Positions 18,608 through 28,290 are shown, numbered from the stretch's first letter. The stretch: DNA of 64,000 nucleotides from Pseudonocardia sp. (GCA_036401495.1 DASWUV010000086.1:396-64395); one strand, 5' to 3'. Numbers and translations: made by a program. Notes: generated by a model from the sequence alone, not told the origin.

Positions 18608-19813
18608 TCACGAACGGCGCGGGGTAGGCGAGCGCAGGCTGCGCTCCAGCCGGAACAGGGCGAACACGCTCAGCGCGTCGATCGCGCCGAGCACCAGGAA
18701 CGGCGTGGCGTGACCCGCGGCGTAGAGGCCGCCGAAGAAGGCAGGCGCGATCACCGAGGCGACCGCGAACGAATACTGGAACGTCGCCAGGTAGCGGCCG
18801 CGGGCGGCGATCGGCGCGGCTGCGGCCGCGAGCGCCGTCGACGTCGGGGCGTGCACCGCTTCCGCGACCGTGAACGCCACGGTGCCGACGACCAGCAGGA
18901 CCGTGGCGCCGATCCCGGGCCCGGAGACGCCGACCACGGCGAGCAGCAGGCACCACAGCGTCCACAGACCTGCGGCGACGGCGATGCTGCGGGTCCGGCG
19001 CACGCCGCTCAGCCTGCGCACGAGCGGAGCGGACAGCACCGTGATGAGCACAGCGTTTGCGGCAAACAGCACCGACGCGAGCCACGGCGGGCCTGCGCCC
19101 GTGAGCACGACGACCGGCAGCGCGAGGGGCAGCATCATGCTGGTCATCGCGTACACCGTGTTCAGCGCCACGAGGCCGAGGTAAGGCCGGTCGCGCAGCA
19201 AGGCGCGGTAGCCGACCCGATCGTCGTCCAGCGCGACCCGGTGGGGGGCTCGCACACAGGTCGCGACCAGAACGGCCGCCAGCGCGAGACAGGCCGCCGC
19301 CCCGTAGGCGATCGCGCGGTAGGCCGCGTCGCTGCCGTCCGCGACGGCCAGGCCGGTGGCCAGTCCGCCGAGCGCGAGCCCGGCCGTCCGGGCCGCGTTG
19401 CTGATCGCGTACCAGGCGTCGACGCTGCGCCCGCCCGTACGTCCGTCCGCGTAGTCGGCGATGAGCGTGAAGATCACGCACCAGAACACGCGGACGCCGA
19501 CCGCCCCGAGCGTGGCCGCGCCGAGTATCCCGATCGGTCCGCGCACCGTCGCGACGGCGAGGAAGCCTGCCGCCATCGCGACCTCGGACGCCACCACCAG
19601 CCGCAGCGGTCCGATCCGGTCGGCGAGCGCGCCCGCCCAGATCGGGATCGGGAGCGCGACCAGGTTGGCGACCGTCAACAACACCCCGACCAGCGCAAGC
19701 GGCACGTCGGTGAGCCTGACGAAGTAGACCAGCGACAGCGGCGCGAACAGGCCGTTGCCGACCGAGTCGACGATCAGCGCCAGCACGAGCACGGGTCCGC
19801 CGCGACTGCGCAC
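18608..19813 (-). CDS. MFS transporter
   Basis: A 12-TM hydrophobic profile. Start uncertain (GTG at 19813 or 19882). Confidence 0.7.
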   Translation of the reverse strand: MRSRGGPVLVLALIVDSVGNGLFAPLSLVYFVRLTDVPLALVGVLLTVANLVALPIPIWAGALADRIGPLRLVVASEVAMAAGFLAVATVRGPIGILGAATLGAVGVRVFWCVIFTLIADYADGRTGGRSVDAWYAISNAARTAGLALGGLATGLAVADGSDAAYRAIAYGAAACLALAAVLVATCVRAPHRVALDDDRVGYRALLRDRPYLGLVALNTVYAMTSMMLPLALPVVVLTGAGPPWLASVLFAANAVLITVLSAPLVRRLSGVRRTRSIAVAAGLWTLWCLLLAVVGVSGPGIGATVLLVVGTVAFTVAEAVHAPTSTALAAAAAPIAARGRYLATFQYSFAVASVIAPAFFGGLYAAGHATPFLVLGAIDALSVFALFRLERSLRSPTPRRS

Positions 19814-19900
19814 GGCCCGGATGCTGTCACACGGCAGGCTCCACGGCGGCGGGGCTAGGGTGGCGGCGAAGGCCCTCTCGACGCGTAAGGAGCGGAAAAC

Positions 19901-20476
19901 GTGGGTGTCAGCCTCGCCAAGGGCGGCAACGTCAGCCTGACCAAAGAGGCCCCCGGCCTCACGAACGTGCTGGTCGGGCTCGGCTGGGACGTGCGGACCA
20001 CCACCGGCGCCGACTACGACCTCGACGCGTCGGCGATTCTGCTCAACGCCGCGGGCAAAGTGCTCTCCGACCAGCACTTCGTCTTCTTCAACAACCTCGT
20101 CAGCCCCGACGGCACGGTGGAGCACACCGGCGACAACCTGACCGGCGAGGGCGAAGGGGACGACGAGGTCATCAAGGTGAACCTCGCCGCCATGTCGCCG
20201 GACGTGGAGCGCATCGTGTTCCCCGTCAGCATCTACGACGCCGACGGGCGGCGGCAGAGCTTCGGCCAGGTCGCCAACGCCTACATCCGCGTCGTCAACG
20301 GGGACAACCAGACCGAGCTCACCCGGTTCGACCTCACCGAGGACGCCTCCACCGAGACCGCCATGGTGTTCGGCGAGCTCTACCGGCGGGGCGGCGAGTG
20401 GAAGTTCCGCGCCGTCGGGCAGGGCTACGCGGCGGGCCTGCGCGGGATCGCGCTGGACTACGGCGTCAACGTCTGA
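19901..20476 (+). CDS. terD: TerD family stress protein
   Basis: [21 protein letters not shown] and [13 protein letters not shown] Ca-binding motifs, 191 aa. Confidence 0.9.
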   Translation: MGVSLAKGGNVSLTKEAPGLTNVLVGLGWDVRTTTGADYDLDASAILLNAAGKVLSDQHFVFFNNLVSPDGTVEHTGDNLTGEGEGDDEVIKVNLAAMSPDVERIVFPVSIYDADGRRQSFGQVANAYIRVVNGDNQTELTRFDLTEDASTETAMVFGELYRRGGEWKFRAVGQGYAAGLRGIALDYGVNV

Positions 20477-20483
20477 GGCGCGC

Positions 20484-21356
20484 TCACCCGTCGGTCTTGA
20501 GCACCTCGACGACAGCGGCCATGTCCTTCTCGGCGTAGCCCGCCTCCGCCGCGTCGGCGAAGAGGGCGTGCAGGACGGTCATGAGCCGGGCGTCGGTGCC
20601 CGCGCCGCGCAGGGCATCGGCGATGAGGCTCGCGTCCTTGAGGGCGCCATCGAGCCCGAACGCGGGCGCGTAGTCGCCCGCCTTCATCGCGCCGCCCTTG
20701 AGCTGCAGGTAGGGGCTGTCGAGCGGGCCACCCCCGATCGCGTCCAGGAACAGCTGCGGGTCGAGGCCGAGATCACCGGCGAGCGCGATGCTCTGCGCCG
20801 TGCCCGCGACGACCGACAGCAACCACGCGTTGCACACGAGCTTGAGCCGCTGCGCCGCGCCCGGCTCGTCGCCGACCCAGAGCGTGCGCGCGCCGATGGC
20901 GTCGAACACCGGTGCCACCGTGTCCCGCAGGTTCGACGGCCCGGCGGCGAGGACGATGAGCTTGCCCTCCTCGGCCGGTTGGCGGGTGCCGAGCACGGGC
21001 GCGTCGACGAACGCGACACCGTGTGCGCGGGCCAGCTCGGCCAGCGTCGCGGTGCCGTCGATGCCGACCGTCCCGCTCTGGGCCCAGACCGCGTCGTCCG
21101 CCAGCGAGCCGAGCGCGTCGTTCAGCACCGCGCTTGCCGCGTCGGCGTCGAACAGCATCGTCAGCACCACCGAAGCGCCGCGCACCGCGTCCGCGGCCTT
21201 CTCGGCGACCGTGATCCCGTCGTCGGCCAGCGGCCGCGCCTTCTCGGAGTTGCGGTTCCACGCGGTGACCTGATGTCCGGCCTTGGCCAAACTGCGGGCC
21301 ATGCCCGCGCCCATCATGCCCGTACCGAGGACGCACACCGACGTCATGGCACTCAC
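20484..21356 (-). CDS. NAD(P)-dependent oxidoreductase (3-hydroxyisobutyrate/6-phosphogluconate dehydrogenase-like)
   Basis: N-terminal VLGTGMMGAGMA Rossmann motif, about 290 aa. Confidence 0.8.
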   Translation of the reverse strand: MSAMTSVCVLGTGMMGAGMARSLAKAGHQVTAWNRNSEKARPLADDGITVAEKAADAVRGASVVLTMLFDADAASAVLNDALGSLADDAVWAQSGTVGIDGTATLAELARAHGVAFVDAPVLGTRQPAEEGKLIVLAAGPSNLRDTVAPVFDAIGARTLWVGDEPGAAQRLKLVCNAWLLSVVAGTAQSIALAGDLGLDPQLFLDAIGGGPLDSPYLQLKGGAMKAGDYAPAFGLDGALKDASLIADALRGAGTDARLMTVLHALFADAAEAGYAEKDMAAVVEVLKTDG

Positions 21357-23362
21357 CAGATCCTTACGCGCTGTTCGGGGGCGGTGTAGAGGGCGTCACC
21401 CGGCTCGACACCGAACGCTTGGTGGAACATGTCGAGGTTGGTGACAACGGCGTTGCAGCGCAACTCGGGAGGGCTGTGCGGGTCGACGGCGAGCCTGCGG
21501 ACCGCCTCGGCCTCGCGGGTCACGATGCGCCAGATCTGGGCCCAGCCGAAGAAGACCCGCTGGTAGCCGGTGAGGCCGTCGACCACGGGGGCCTCGGTGT
21601 CGCCGAGCGCGATGCGGTAGGCCTTGAGCGCGATCGTCAGTCCGCCGAGGTCGCCGATGTTCTCGCCGACGGTCAGTGCGCCGTTGACCTTGTGGCCGGG
21701 CAGCCCCGCGGGCGTGAGCGCGGAGTACTGGTCGATCAACGCCTGCGAGCGCCGGTCGAACTCGGCGCGGTCGGCGGCGTCCCACCAGTCGGTCATCGCG
21801 CCGTCGCCGTCGTACTTGCTGCCCTGGTCGTCGAAGCCGTGGCCGATCTCGTGGCCGATCACCGCCCCGATGCCGCCGTAGTTGGCAGCGTCGTCGGCTT
21901 CGGGATCGAAGAACGGCGGCTGCAGGATCGCCGCAGGGAACACGATCTCGTTCATCCGCGGGTGGTAGTAGGCGTTGACGGTCTGCGGGGTCATGAACCA
22001 CTCGTCGCGGTCGACCGGTGTGCCGATCTTCGCGAGGTCCCGGTCGGTGCGCCACGTGCCTGCCCGCAGGACGTTGCCGAGCAGGTCGTCGGGCCGGATC
22101 TGCAGCGTCGAGTAGTCCTCCCACTTGTCCGGGTAGCCGATCTTGGGAGTGAACTTGGCCAGCTTGGCCAGCGCCCGCTCGCGCGTGGCCGGGCCCATCC
22201 AGTCCAACGTCGAGATGCTCTGCCGGTAGGCCTCGACGAGGTTGGCGACGAGCGCGCTCATCCGGTCCTTCGACGACGGCGGGAAGTGCCGTTCGACGTA
22301 GAGCCGCCCGACCGCCTCACCGAGCGCGCTCTCCACGAGCGCGACGCCGCGCTTCCACCGGTCCTTGAGCTGGGGCGTGCCCGAGAGCGTGCGGCCGTAG
22401 AAGTCGAAGTCCAGCTGCACAGCCGCGTCGTTCAGGTAGTCCGCGCACGCCGAGGCGGTGCGGACGGACAGCCACGCCTGCCAATCGGCCAGCGGGCGCG
22501 CTGCCCACAAGGCCGTCGCCGCCTCGACGAAGCTCGGCTGGCGCACCACGATCTCGTCGAACGCGCCCTCCGGCGCACCGAGGCCCGCGAGCCAGGCATC
22601 CCACGCGAACGCGGGAGCGGCCTCGCGGAGCGCCGCGGCCGTCATGAGCGTGTAGGTCTTCTCGGCGTCCCGGTTGGTCACGCGGTCCCACGACGCGGCG
22701 GCCAGCGCTGTCTCCACGTCCATCACGGTGGCGGCGACCTGCGCGGGTTCCGGCAGGCCCACCAGCTCGGCCAGCCGCTCCAGGTAGGTGACGTAGGCGG
22801 CGCGGATCTCGGCGTAGGACTCCTCGCGGTAGTACGACTCGTCGGGCAGGCCGAGGCCGGACTGCGACAGGTGTACGAGGTAGCGGGTCGGGTCCTTCGC
22901 GTCCGTGGAGACGAACGACCCGACGAGCGACGCCCGGCCCTCACGCTGGCGTCGGCCCAGGACGGCGGCGAGCGCGGCATGATCGGGTGCGGCGGCGATC
23001 TCGTCCAGCAGCGGCCGCAGCGGCTGCACTCCCAGCTGCTCGACGCGGTCGGCGGCCATGAAGGAGGCGTAGAGGTCGGCGATGCGCCGCGCGTCGTCGT
23101 CCTGCTGGGCTGAACCTGCTGGGGCTGAACCCGCTGGGGCCGAACCGTCGCGGGCTGACCCCTCCACGATGGCGCGGACGTCGGCCTCGGCCCGATCGCG
23201 CAGCATGACGAACGTGCCGTCCTGGGCCCGGTCGTCGGGGATGGTGTGGTTGGCCAGCCATCTGCCGTTGACGTGCACGAACAGGTCGTCTTGCGGGCGG
23301 GTGCCCGCTTCGACCCAGGCGAGGTCGATCCCGGTGCGCGTCGGGTCCGCGTAGCTGGTCAC
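21353..23362 (-). CDS. M13 family metallopeptidase (PepO/endothelin-converting-enzyme-like)
   Basis: HEIGHGFDD zinc motif and the GENIGDLGG motif. Start at GTG 23362, or at 23428. Confidence 0.85.
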   Translation of the reverse strand: MTSYADPTRTGIDLAWVEAGTRPQDDLFVHVNGRWLANHTIPDDRAQDGTFVMLRDRAEADVRAIVEGSARDGSAPAGSAPAGSAQQDDDARRIADLYASFMAADRVEQLGVQPLRPLLDEIAAAPDHAALAAVLGRRQREGRASLVGSFVSTDAKDPTRYLVHLSQSGLGLPDESYYREESYAEIRAAYVTYLERLAELVGLPEPAQVAATVMDVETALAAASWDRVTNRDAEKTYTLMTAAALREAAPAFAWDAWLAGLGAPEGAFDEIVVRQPSFVEAATALWAARPLADWQAWLSVRTASACADYLNDAAVQLDFDFYGRTLSGTPQLKDRWKRGVALVESALGEAVGRLYVERHFPPSSKDRMSALVANLVEAYRQSISTLDWMGPATRERALAKLAKFTPKIGYPDKWEDYSTLQIRPDDLLGNVLRAGTWRTDRDLAKIGTPVDRDEWFMTPQTVNAYYHPRMNEIVFPAAILQPPFFDPEADDAANYGGIGAVIGHEIGHGFDDQGSKYDGDGAMTDWWDAADRAEFDRRSQALIDQYSALTPAGLPGHKVNGALTVGENIGDLGGLTIALKAYRIALGDTEAPVVDGLTGYQRVFFGWAQIWRIVTREAEAVRRLAVDPHSPPELRCNAVVTNLDMFHQAFGVEPGDALYTAPEQRVRIW

Positions 23363-23513
23363 CGGTCCATACTGCCGGGTCGCCCAGGTGGTGGCGCGGC
23401 GGCGTGCCGGGTTTCGGCAAACGCCCACGGGGCCGGGCGCGGCTGTCCTAACCTGCGGTCGTGGAGCTGAGATCCGACATTCTCCGTGGCCGCCGGGACC
23501 GGAGACACGGCAC

Positions 23514-24071
23514 GTGACCGGGCCGGACTACGTGGTGTCGCCGCCCGCTCTGGAGGGCACCGCGTCGGGGATCGAGGCGGTGCTCGGCGGGCTGCGCTCG
23601 CTCGGCCCCGTCGGGGTGGCCGAGCAGGGTCGCGGCGTCGCCACCCTCTCCGCGGCGCCCGGCGACGTCGCACACGCGGGGTTGAGCACGGCGTTCACCG
23701 CGTTCTGCAACCGGTGGGAGTGGGGCGTCCGCGCCGCCGTGCGCGCAGGCGAGGACATGGCCGCGGGGCTGCGGGCGGCGGGCGCTTCCTACGGCCGGGC
23801 CGACAGCGTGGGCGAGGACCTGCTCGCCAGGGTGTTGTTCGACGTCGTGGGCGATCCCGGTGCCCCGAGCGAGGAGGCCACGATGGCCGACGTCGACGAG
23901 GCGCAGCAGCCCGACCGGCGGATGCCCGACTGGAGCAGGCTCGGCGGGCAGTGGGCTGATGTCGGCCGCGACCTCGTCGAAGGGTCGGCGCCTGGCTTGA
24001 TCGTGCGCGAGCTCGGTGGCGCGGACGTGCTGGGCGACGAGCTCGGCGACCTGCTCCCGGTGTGGGACTGA
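23514..24071 (+). CDS. Small helical WXG/YxxxD-containing protein (putative T7SS-type partner)
   Basis: GTG start with GGAG 9 nt upstream. Contains RWEWG, and later SYGRAD (YxxxD). Lies 1 bp upstream of the next gene. Confidence 0.55.
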   Translation: MTGPDYVVSPPALEGTASGIEAVLGGLRSLGPVGVAEQGRGVATLSAAPGDVAHAGLSTAFTAFCNRWEWGVRAAVRAGEDMAAGLRAAGASYGRADSVGEDLLARVLFDVVGDPGAPSEEATMADVDEAQQPDRRMPDWSRLGGQWADVGRDLVEGSAPGLIVRELGGADVLGDELGDLLPVWD

Positions 24072-24072
24072 C

Positions 24073-25986
24073 GTGCGCGCCGAGCCGGAGCTGGGGCAGA
24101 GCGAGGATCCGCGTGAGCTCGTGCGCGGGGATCTCGAGGCGGTTCAGGCGACCGTCGGCCACCTCGCCGAGCTCGCAGGCGGGTTCGGTGCCACGGCGGG
24201 CGGCCTGCGTGCCATCGACAGGGGCGCCTGGCAGGGAGCCGCGGCCGACGCCTTCCGCGCGCGCTTCGCCGAAGCCACGGCGCAGTGGTCGCGCGCGGCC
24301 GCTGCCTTCGGATCGGCGGCGCAGGCGTGGAAGCGTTTCGGGTCGTCGCTGGCCGCGGCCCAGCACGACGCGGGCACGGCGGTCGTGCGGTTCCGGGCGG
24401 GTGCCGCGGCAGCCGACCGGTCGGCGGCCGCCTACGCGGCGGACATGCAGCGCTATCTCACGCGGGTAGCCGCAGGCCAGGCGGGTCCGCAACCCGTTCC
24501 CGACGGCAGCGGCGCAGCGGCGATGCAAGCGGCCCGGCGCATGCTCGCCGATGCCCGCGCCCAGCGGGACACGGCCGCGGCGGCTACGGCTCGGGAGATC
24601 GTCGCGGCGGCCGCCCTCTCGCCCGATCCGCCGACGGGCTGGGACAGGCGCCTCACGGAGGCCGCGGACTGGCTCGGGGCCAACGAGACCGAGCTCGCGC
24701 ACTTCGCTGAAGGCGTCGGCGAGGGGGTCGAGAGCCTGGTGCAGCTCGCCCGCACCGCAAACCCGGCCGATCCCTACAACCTGAACCATCCCGGCCGGTT
24801 CGTGGAGGACGTCTCCACCGCGCTGTCCGGCGCCGCAGACCGCATCGCCCACCCGTTGCGGCTGGTCACGGACGTGGTCGGCACGGAGTGGGGCGCTGAC
24901 CCGGCCCGGGCGTTCGGTCACCTGATCTCCGCCGCGGCAGGCGGGGGCGCCCGCTCCGTCCTCGGCGCGGCGGAGGCAAGAGCAGGCCGGTCGGCGCTCG
25001 GCGCCGCGCAGGACGTGGCTCGGTCCACGGCAAGGCAAGCGCGCAGGCCCCCGCCGTCCGCGCCGTCCCCGTCTTCTCCGTCTCCGCCGTCCCCGTCGGC
25101 TCCATCGTCTTTATGGGCCGACCCCCGCCCCACCGCTGCGCCCTTCGCGCCCCGACCCGAGCCCGGACCGGCGCCGCCCCGCGCTCCCGACGCCGGGTCC
25201 GGCGGCGCGGGCGGGCTCGTCGAGGCCGACGACGCGGCGGCGGAGCGGTTGGACCGGCTCGGTCGCGATCTGCCGTCGCGCCTGGACAGGTTGGCGCCCG
25301 CGGACGTCGCGGCGCATGCGCCCGGTGTTGCGCCGACGCCGCCGAAGGTCCCTCCGCCACCGCGGGCGCGCGGGCGAAGGCCCGCGCCTCACCACGATCC
25401 GGAACGGGCCAGACAAGCCCGGCTGACCAGGAACGACAGGGATTTCTCCAGCCCGCACAACCGCCGCGGCACCCGCAAGTCCCACCTCGACGAGCGGGGC
25501 GACCTGGTGCCCGCCAACCCGCAGGGCGCGGCGTCGGTGGTGGAGCACGTCGTGGGGCGGCGCTCGCCGGTGAAGGGCGACAGCCCGTACTCGTCGTTCA
25601 CCAGCCCCGGCGCCGTGGCCGAGGTCCGGTTCGGGGCCCACACGATCGAGGTCGACGTCGTGCGGCTGCAGGCAGACGTCGACGCGGGCGTCGTGCCGGG
25701 GGTGGCGATCCTGGCGCCCCACCAGGTGCAGGCCGCCATCCAGGCCGAAGCCGACCGGATCGCCGGGCGTCCGGTTGACCTCTACGTCCGCAAAGGGCAG
25801 GTGGCGGACGCGGCCCGGTCGTACGGGCTCGGCGCGAAGGCGACGGCGCAGCTGCGCCAGCGCATGGTCGACATGGCCAACGCGCAGCGCCACCACGAGT
25901 GGATGATCCGGGGCGTCGTCCCCGGCCGCTACGTCGTGGGTCCGCACGGTGTCGTCGGTCAGCGGGGCGAGGAGCGACATGGGTGA
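24073..25986 (+). CDS. Putative polymorphic toxin: N-terminal WXG-like helical domain, Pro-rich linker, unassigned C-terminal domain
   Basis: GAWQGAAADAFRARF (WXG) sits in an Ala-rich helical N-terminus, followed by the SPSSPSPPSPSAPSS...PRPEPGPAPPRAP linker and a globular C-terminus of about 185 aa. Confidence 0.6.
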   Translation: MRAEPELGQSEDPRELVRGDLEAVQATVGHLAELAGGFGATAGGLRAIDRGAWQGAAADAFRARFAEATAQWSRAAAAFGSAAQAWKRFGSSLAAAQHDAGTAVVRFRAGAAAADRSAAAYAADMQRYLTRVAAGQAGPQPVPDGSGAAAMQAARRMLADARAQRDTAAAATAREIVAAAALSPDPPTGWDRRLTEAADWLGANETELAHFAEGVGEGVESLVQLARTANPADPYNLNHPGRFVEDVSTALSGAADRIAHPLRLVTDVVGTEWGADPARAFGHLISAAAGGGARSVLGAAEARAGRSALGAAQDVARSTARQARRPPPSAPSPSSPSPPSPSAPSSLWADPRPTAAPFAPRPEPGPAPPRAPDAGSGGAGGLVEADDAAAERLDRLGRDLPSRLDRLAPADVAAHAPGVAPTPPKVPPPPRARGRRPAPHHDPERARQARLTRNDRDFSSPHNRRGTRKSHLDERGDLVPANPQGAASVVEHVVGRRSPVKGDSPYSSFTSPGAVAEVRFGAHTIEVDVVRLQADVDAGVVPGVAILAPHQVQAAIQAEADRIAGRPVDLYVRKGQVADAARSYGLGAKATAQLRQRMVDMANAQRHHEWMIRGVVPGRYVVGPHGVVGQRGEERHG

Positions 25987-26809
25987 CGCGCGGCCCTACC
26001 GGGACCTGCTCTACACCGACTTCGACGGAGCTGCGCTGGCGAGCCCGCATGAGCTCATCGGCGAAGGGCTGGAGGACGACCGGCATCTGCTGCGGGTGCC
26101 GGGGCTCCTCGCGGTGGTCGACGACGAGGCGGCCGAGCCGCTCGATCGGCTCTTCGCCTGTCTCGCGCTCACGGGTTGGGGGGAGGCGGGCGGCTACCGG
26201 GCGGTTGCGGCGGCGGCCCGTGGCGCCGGGCCGCCGCCGTGGCACGGCTTGTCGCGCGACCGCTTCCGCTCAGCCGACGACACGTTCGGCCTGCTCGCCG
26301 CGCAGGTGGGGCTCAGCGACGCGATGGCGGAGCGCAAGGGCACCGAGTCGGCGCGGCTGGAGGCGCTGCGGGCCTTGCTCGCCATCGCCGATCGGGCGGG
26401 CTTCGGCGAGCAGCTCGGCGCGGCCCTGTTCACCGCGCCGGCCGCCGCGGTGGCCGCCGACATCGTGGCGGCGGCGCGACGGGGCCTCGCGCGGCTGGAC
26501 CGCAAGCCATGGCCGCCGTTCGACCTGCCCGCGCAGATCGTGGACATCCTGGAGCCGCTCGTCGAGGTCGACGAGCCCACCGCCATCGCGCTCGCCGAGG
26601 AGCTCGTCCGCCGCGATGCGAACCCGCACACGCTGAGCTTCGTCGCCTTCCTCGTCGCAACGGGGCGGACCCGGGCCGCGGCGGCGCTGGGGGAGCGGAT
26701 CGTGGCGGTGGGCGGACCTGATGTCCGCGAGCGGCTGGCCGCGGCACGCGCCCGGCGTGGCGGGGGCCCGAGTTGGGCAGGTCCGGGAGGGGCGGCGCAC
26801 CTCAGGTGA
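25979..26809 (+). CDS. Hypothetical protein, candidate cognate immunity protein
   Basis: The ATG at 25979 overlaps the toxin stop (25984-25986), with GGAG 4 nt upstream. High GC3, no recognised domain. Confidence 0.5.
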   Translation: MGDARPYRDLLYTDFDGAALASPHELIGEGLEDDRHLLRVPGLLAVVDDEAAEPLDRLFACLALTGWGEAGGYRAVAAAARGAGPPPWHGLSRDRFRSADDTFGLLAAQVGLSDAMAERKGTESARLEALRALLAIADRAGFGEQLGAALFTAPAAAVAADIVAAARRGLARLDRKPWPPFDLPAQIVDILEPLVEVDEPTAIALAEELVRRDANPHTLSFVAFLVATGRTRAAAALGERIVAVGGPDVRERLAAARARRGGGPSWAGPGGAAHLR

Positions 26810-27878
26810 CGTGCAGGCGGTAGTCGCCGATCCCCTCGTCCCAGTCCATCGCGATCAGGTCGCGGGTGCGGGCAGCCTTGACGAACGACAGGAAGGTGTT
26901 GAACCCATAGCGCTTCTCGCTGAAGTCGGGCTGCCGCTTGCGCAGCTGGTTCTTCAGACCCGACAGCTGCGGGCGGCCCAGCTGCCCGACGACGTCGACC
27001 AACAGCGCGAAGGCGTCGGCCGCGTCGTCGTCGGGGAACGCGACCTCGGGGTCGCCCTGCGCGCTGCCCGGCCGCAACGTCACCGCGCCGCGGCTCTCCA
27101 GCGTGCGCAGCAGCTCACCGAAGCCGCGGAACCCGTGTTCGGCCTCGTCGAACGTCGGATCCTTGCGCAGCACGGCCCGTTTGAGCCGGGATGCGAGCAC
27201 GGGGCCGTCGCTGTGTCGCGCGAGGCCCGCGAGGGTCGTGGTGACCAGCGGCGCGACGTCCAGATCCGGAGCGGCCACGCCGGTCTCTGTGCCGGTCTCT
27301 GTGCTGGTGTCGGCAGTGGGCGCTGCTGTTCCGGTCGCGTGCACGGCTGCGGTCGGGGCGGACGCGGCGCGGGTCGTGGCGGCCGGGGTCGGCGTCTTCT
27401 CGACGCCGGGCAGCCGGTCGTAGAACAGGAACTCGTCGCAGGCGGGCGGCAGCAGCCTGGACGTGGAGGACTGCACACCGATGCCGATCACCCGCTTGTC
27501 CAGCTCGCGCAGCTTGTGCACGAGCGGGGTGAAGTCGGAGTCGCCGGTGCCGATCGCGAACGTCGTGATGAAGCTGCGCTCGAACGCCATCTCGATCGCG
27601 TCGACGGCCATCTTGATGTCCGCGGCGTTCTTGCGGGAGCCACCGATGCGCTGCGGGATCTCGATGAGCTCGACCTGGGCGCGGGCGAGCAGGCGCCGGT
27701 CCTCGTCAAACGCCGACCAGTCGGCGTAGGCCCTGCGGGCGATGACCCGCCCCCGCTCGGCCAGCGCGTCGGCGACGGGCCCGAAGTCGAACGGGCTGAC
27801 GCCCAGGCCGTCCCTGGCGCCGATCGCGAGGTTCTCGTAGTCGAGGAACAGCGCGATGCGCTCGTCGTCGGAGATCAC
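26802..27878 (-). CDS. NYN domain protein with two C-terminal OST-HTH/LOTUS domains
   Basis: ALFLDYENL ... TGDSDFTPLVHKLRE (NYN/LabA-like). Two LOTUS-like repeats (DPTFDEAEHGFRGFGELL and QPDFSEKRYGFNTFLSFV). GTG start at 27878. Confidence 0.7.
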   Translation of the reverse strand: MISDDERIALFLDYENLAIGARDGLGVSPFDFGPVADALAERGRVIARRAYADWSAFDEDRRLLARAQVELIEIPQRIGGSRKNAADIKMAVDAIEMAFERSFITTFAIGTGDSDFTPLVHKLRELDKRVIGIGVQSSTSRLLPPACDEFLFYDRLPGVEKTPTPAATTRAASAPTAAVHATGTAAPTADTSTETGTETGVAAPDLDVAPLVTTTLAGLARHSDGPVLASRLKRAVLRKDPTFDEAEHGFRGFGELLRTLESRGAVTLRPGSAQGDPEVAFPDDDAADAFALLVDVVGQLGRPQLSGLKNQLRKRQPDFSEKRYGFNTFLSFVKAARTRDLIAMDWDEGIGDYRLHVT

Positions 27879-27927
27879 GTGGTCAGCCTGGCACACCGCC
27901 GCTTTCGGGCGCTGTAACGTGCGGCCG

Positions 27928-28278
27928 ATGCGGCCCGGTCCTGCTCCGCAGGCCCCACGGCGGACGTGGGATGTGGTGGTGTCGGTGACGGCGCTGGTCC
28001 TCGCGGCGCTCGTGATCGCCATCGGGGTACTGGTCGGCGTCTTCGCGCTGGCGTTCCTCGACTCCTGCTACCCGCCGCAGTGCAGGGAGAGCGCCGTGTG
28101 GACGGCCGTCATCGCGCCGCTCGCCGTGGCGACCGCGGTCGGCTTGGCGGGCATGGCGACGACGATCATCCGCCTCACCCGGCGCCGCCCAGCGTGGCCG
28201 TTCGCGCTCGGTGCCCTGGCGGTGGCCGTGATCGTGCTGGCCGCGGGGGCGGTCGGCTACACGGCCGCGGTCGGCTGA
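27928..28278 (+). CDS. Small membrane protein (3 TM), hypothetical
   Basis: High GC3, three hydrophobic helices and a CYPPQC pair. Confidence 0.55.
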   Translation: MRPGPAPQAPRRTWDVVVSVTALVLAALVIAIGVLVGVFALAFLDSCYPPQCRESAVWTAVIAPLAVATAVGLAGMATTIIRLTRRRPAWPFALGALAVAVIVLAAGAVGYTAAVG

Positions 28279-28290
28279 CCGCTTGCGCCC

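Noticed and set aside
19901-20476. TerD, considered as part of a tellurite-resistance (ter) cluster.
   Set aside because: It is a single terD-family gene with no terA/B/C/E/Z neighbours. Lone TerD paralogues are common in actinomycetes.
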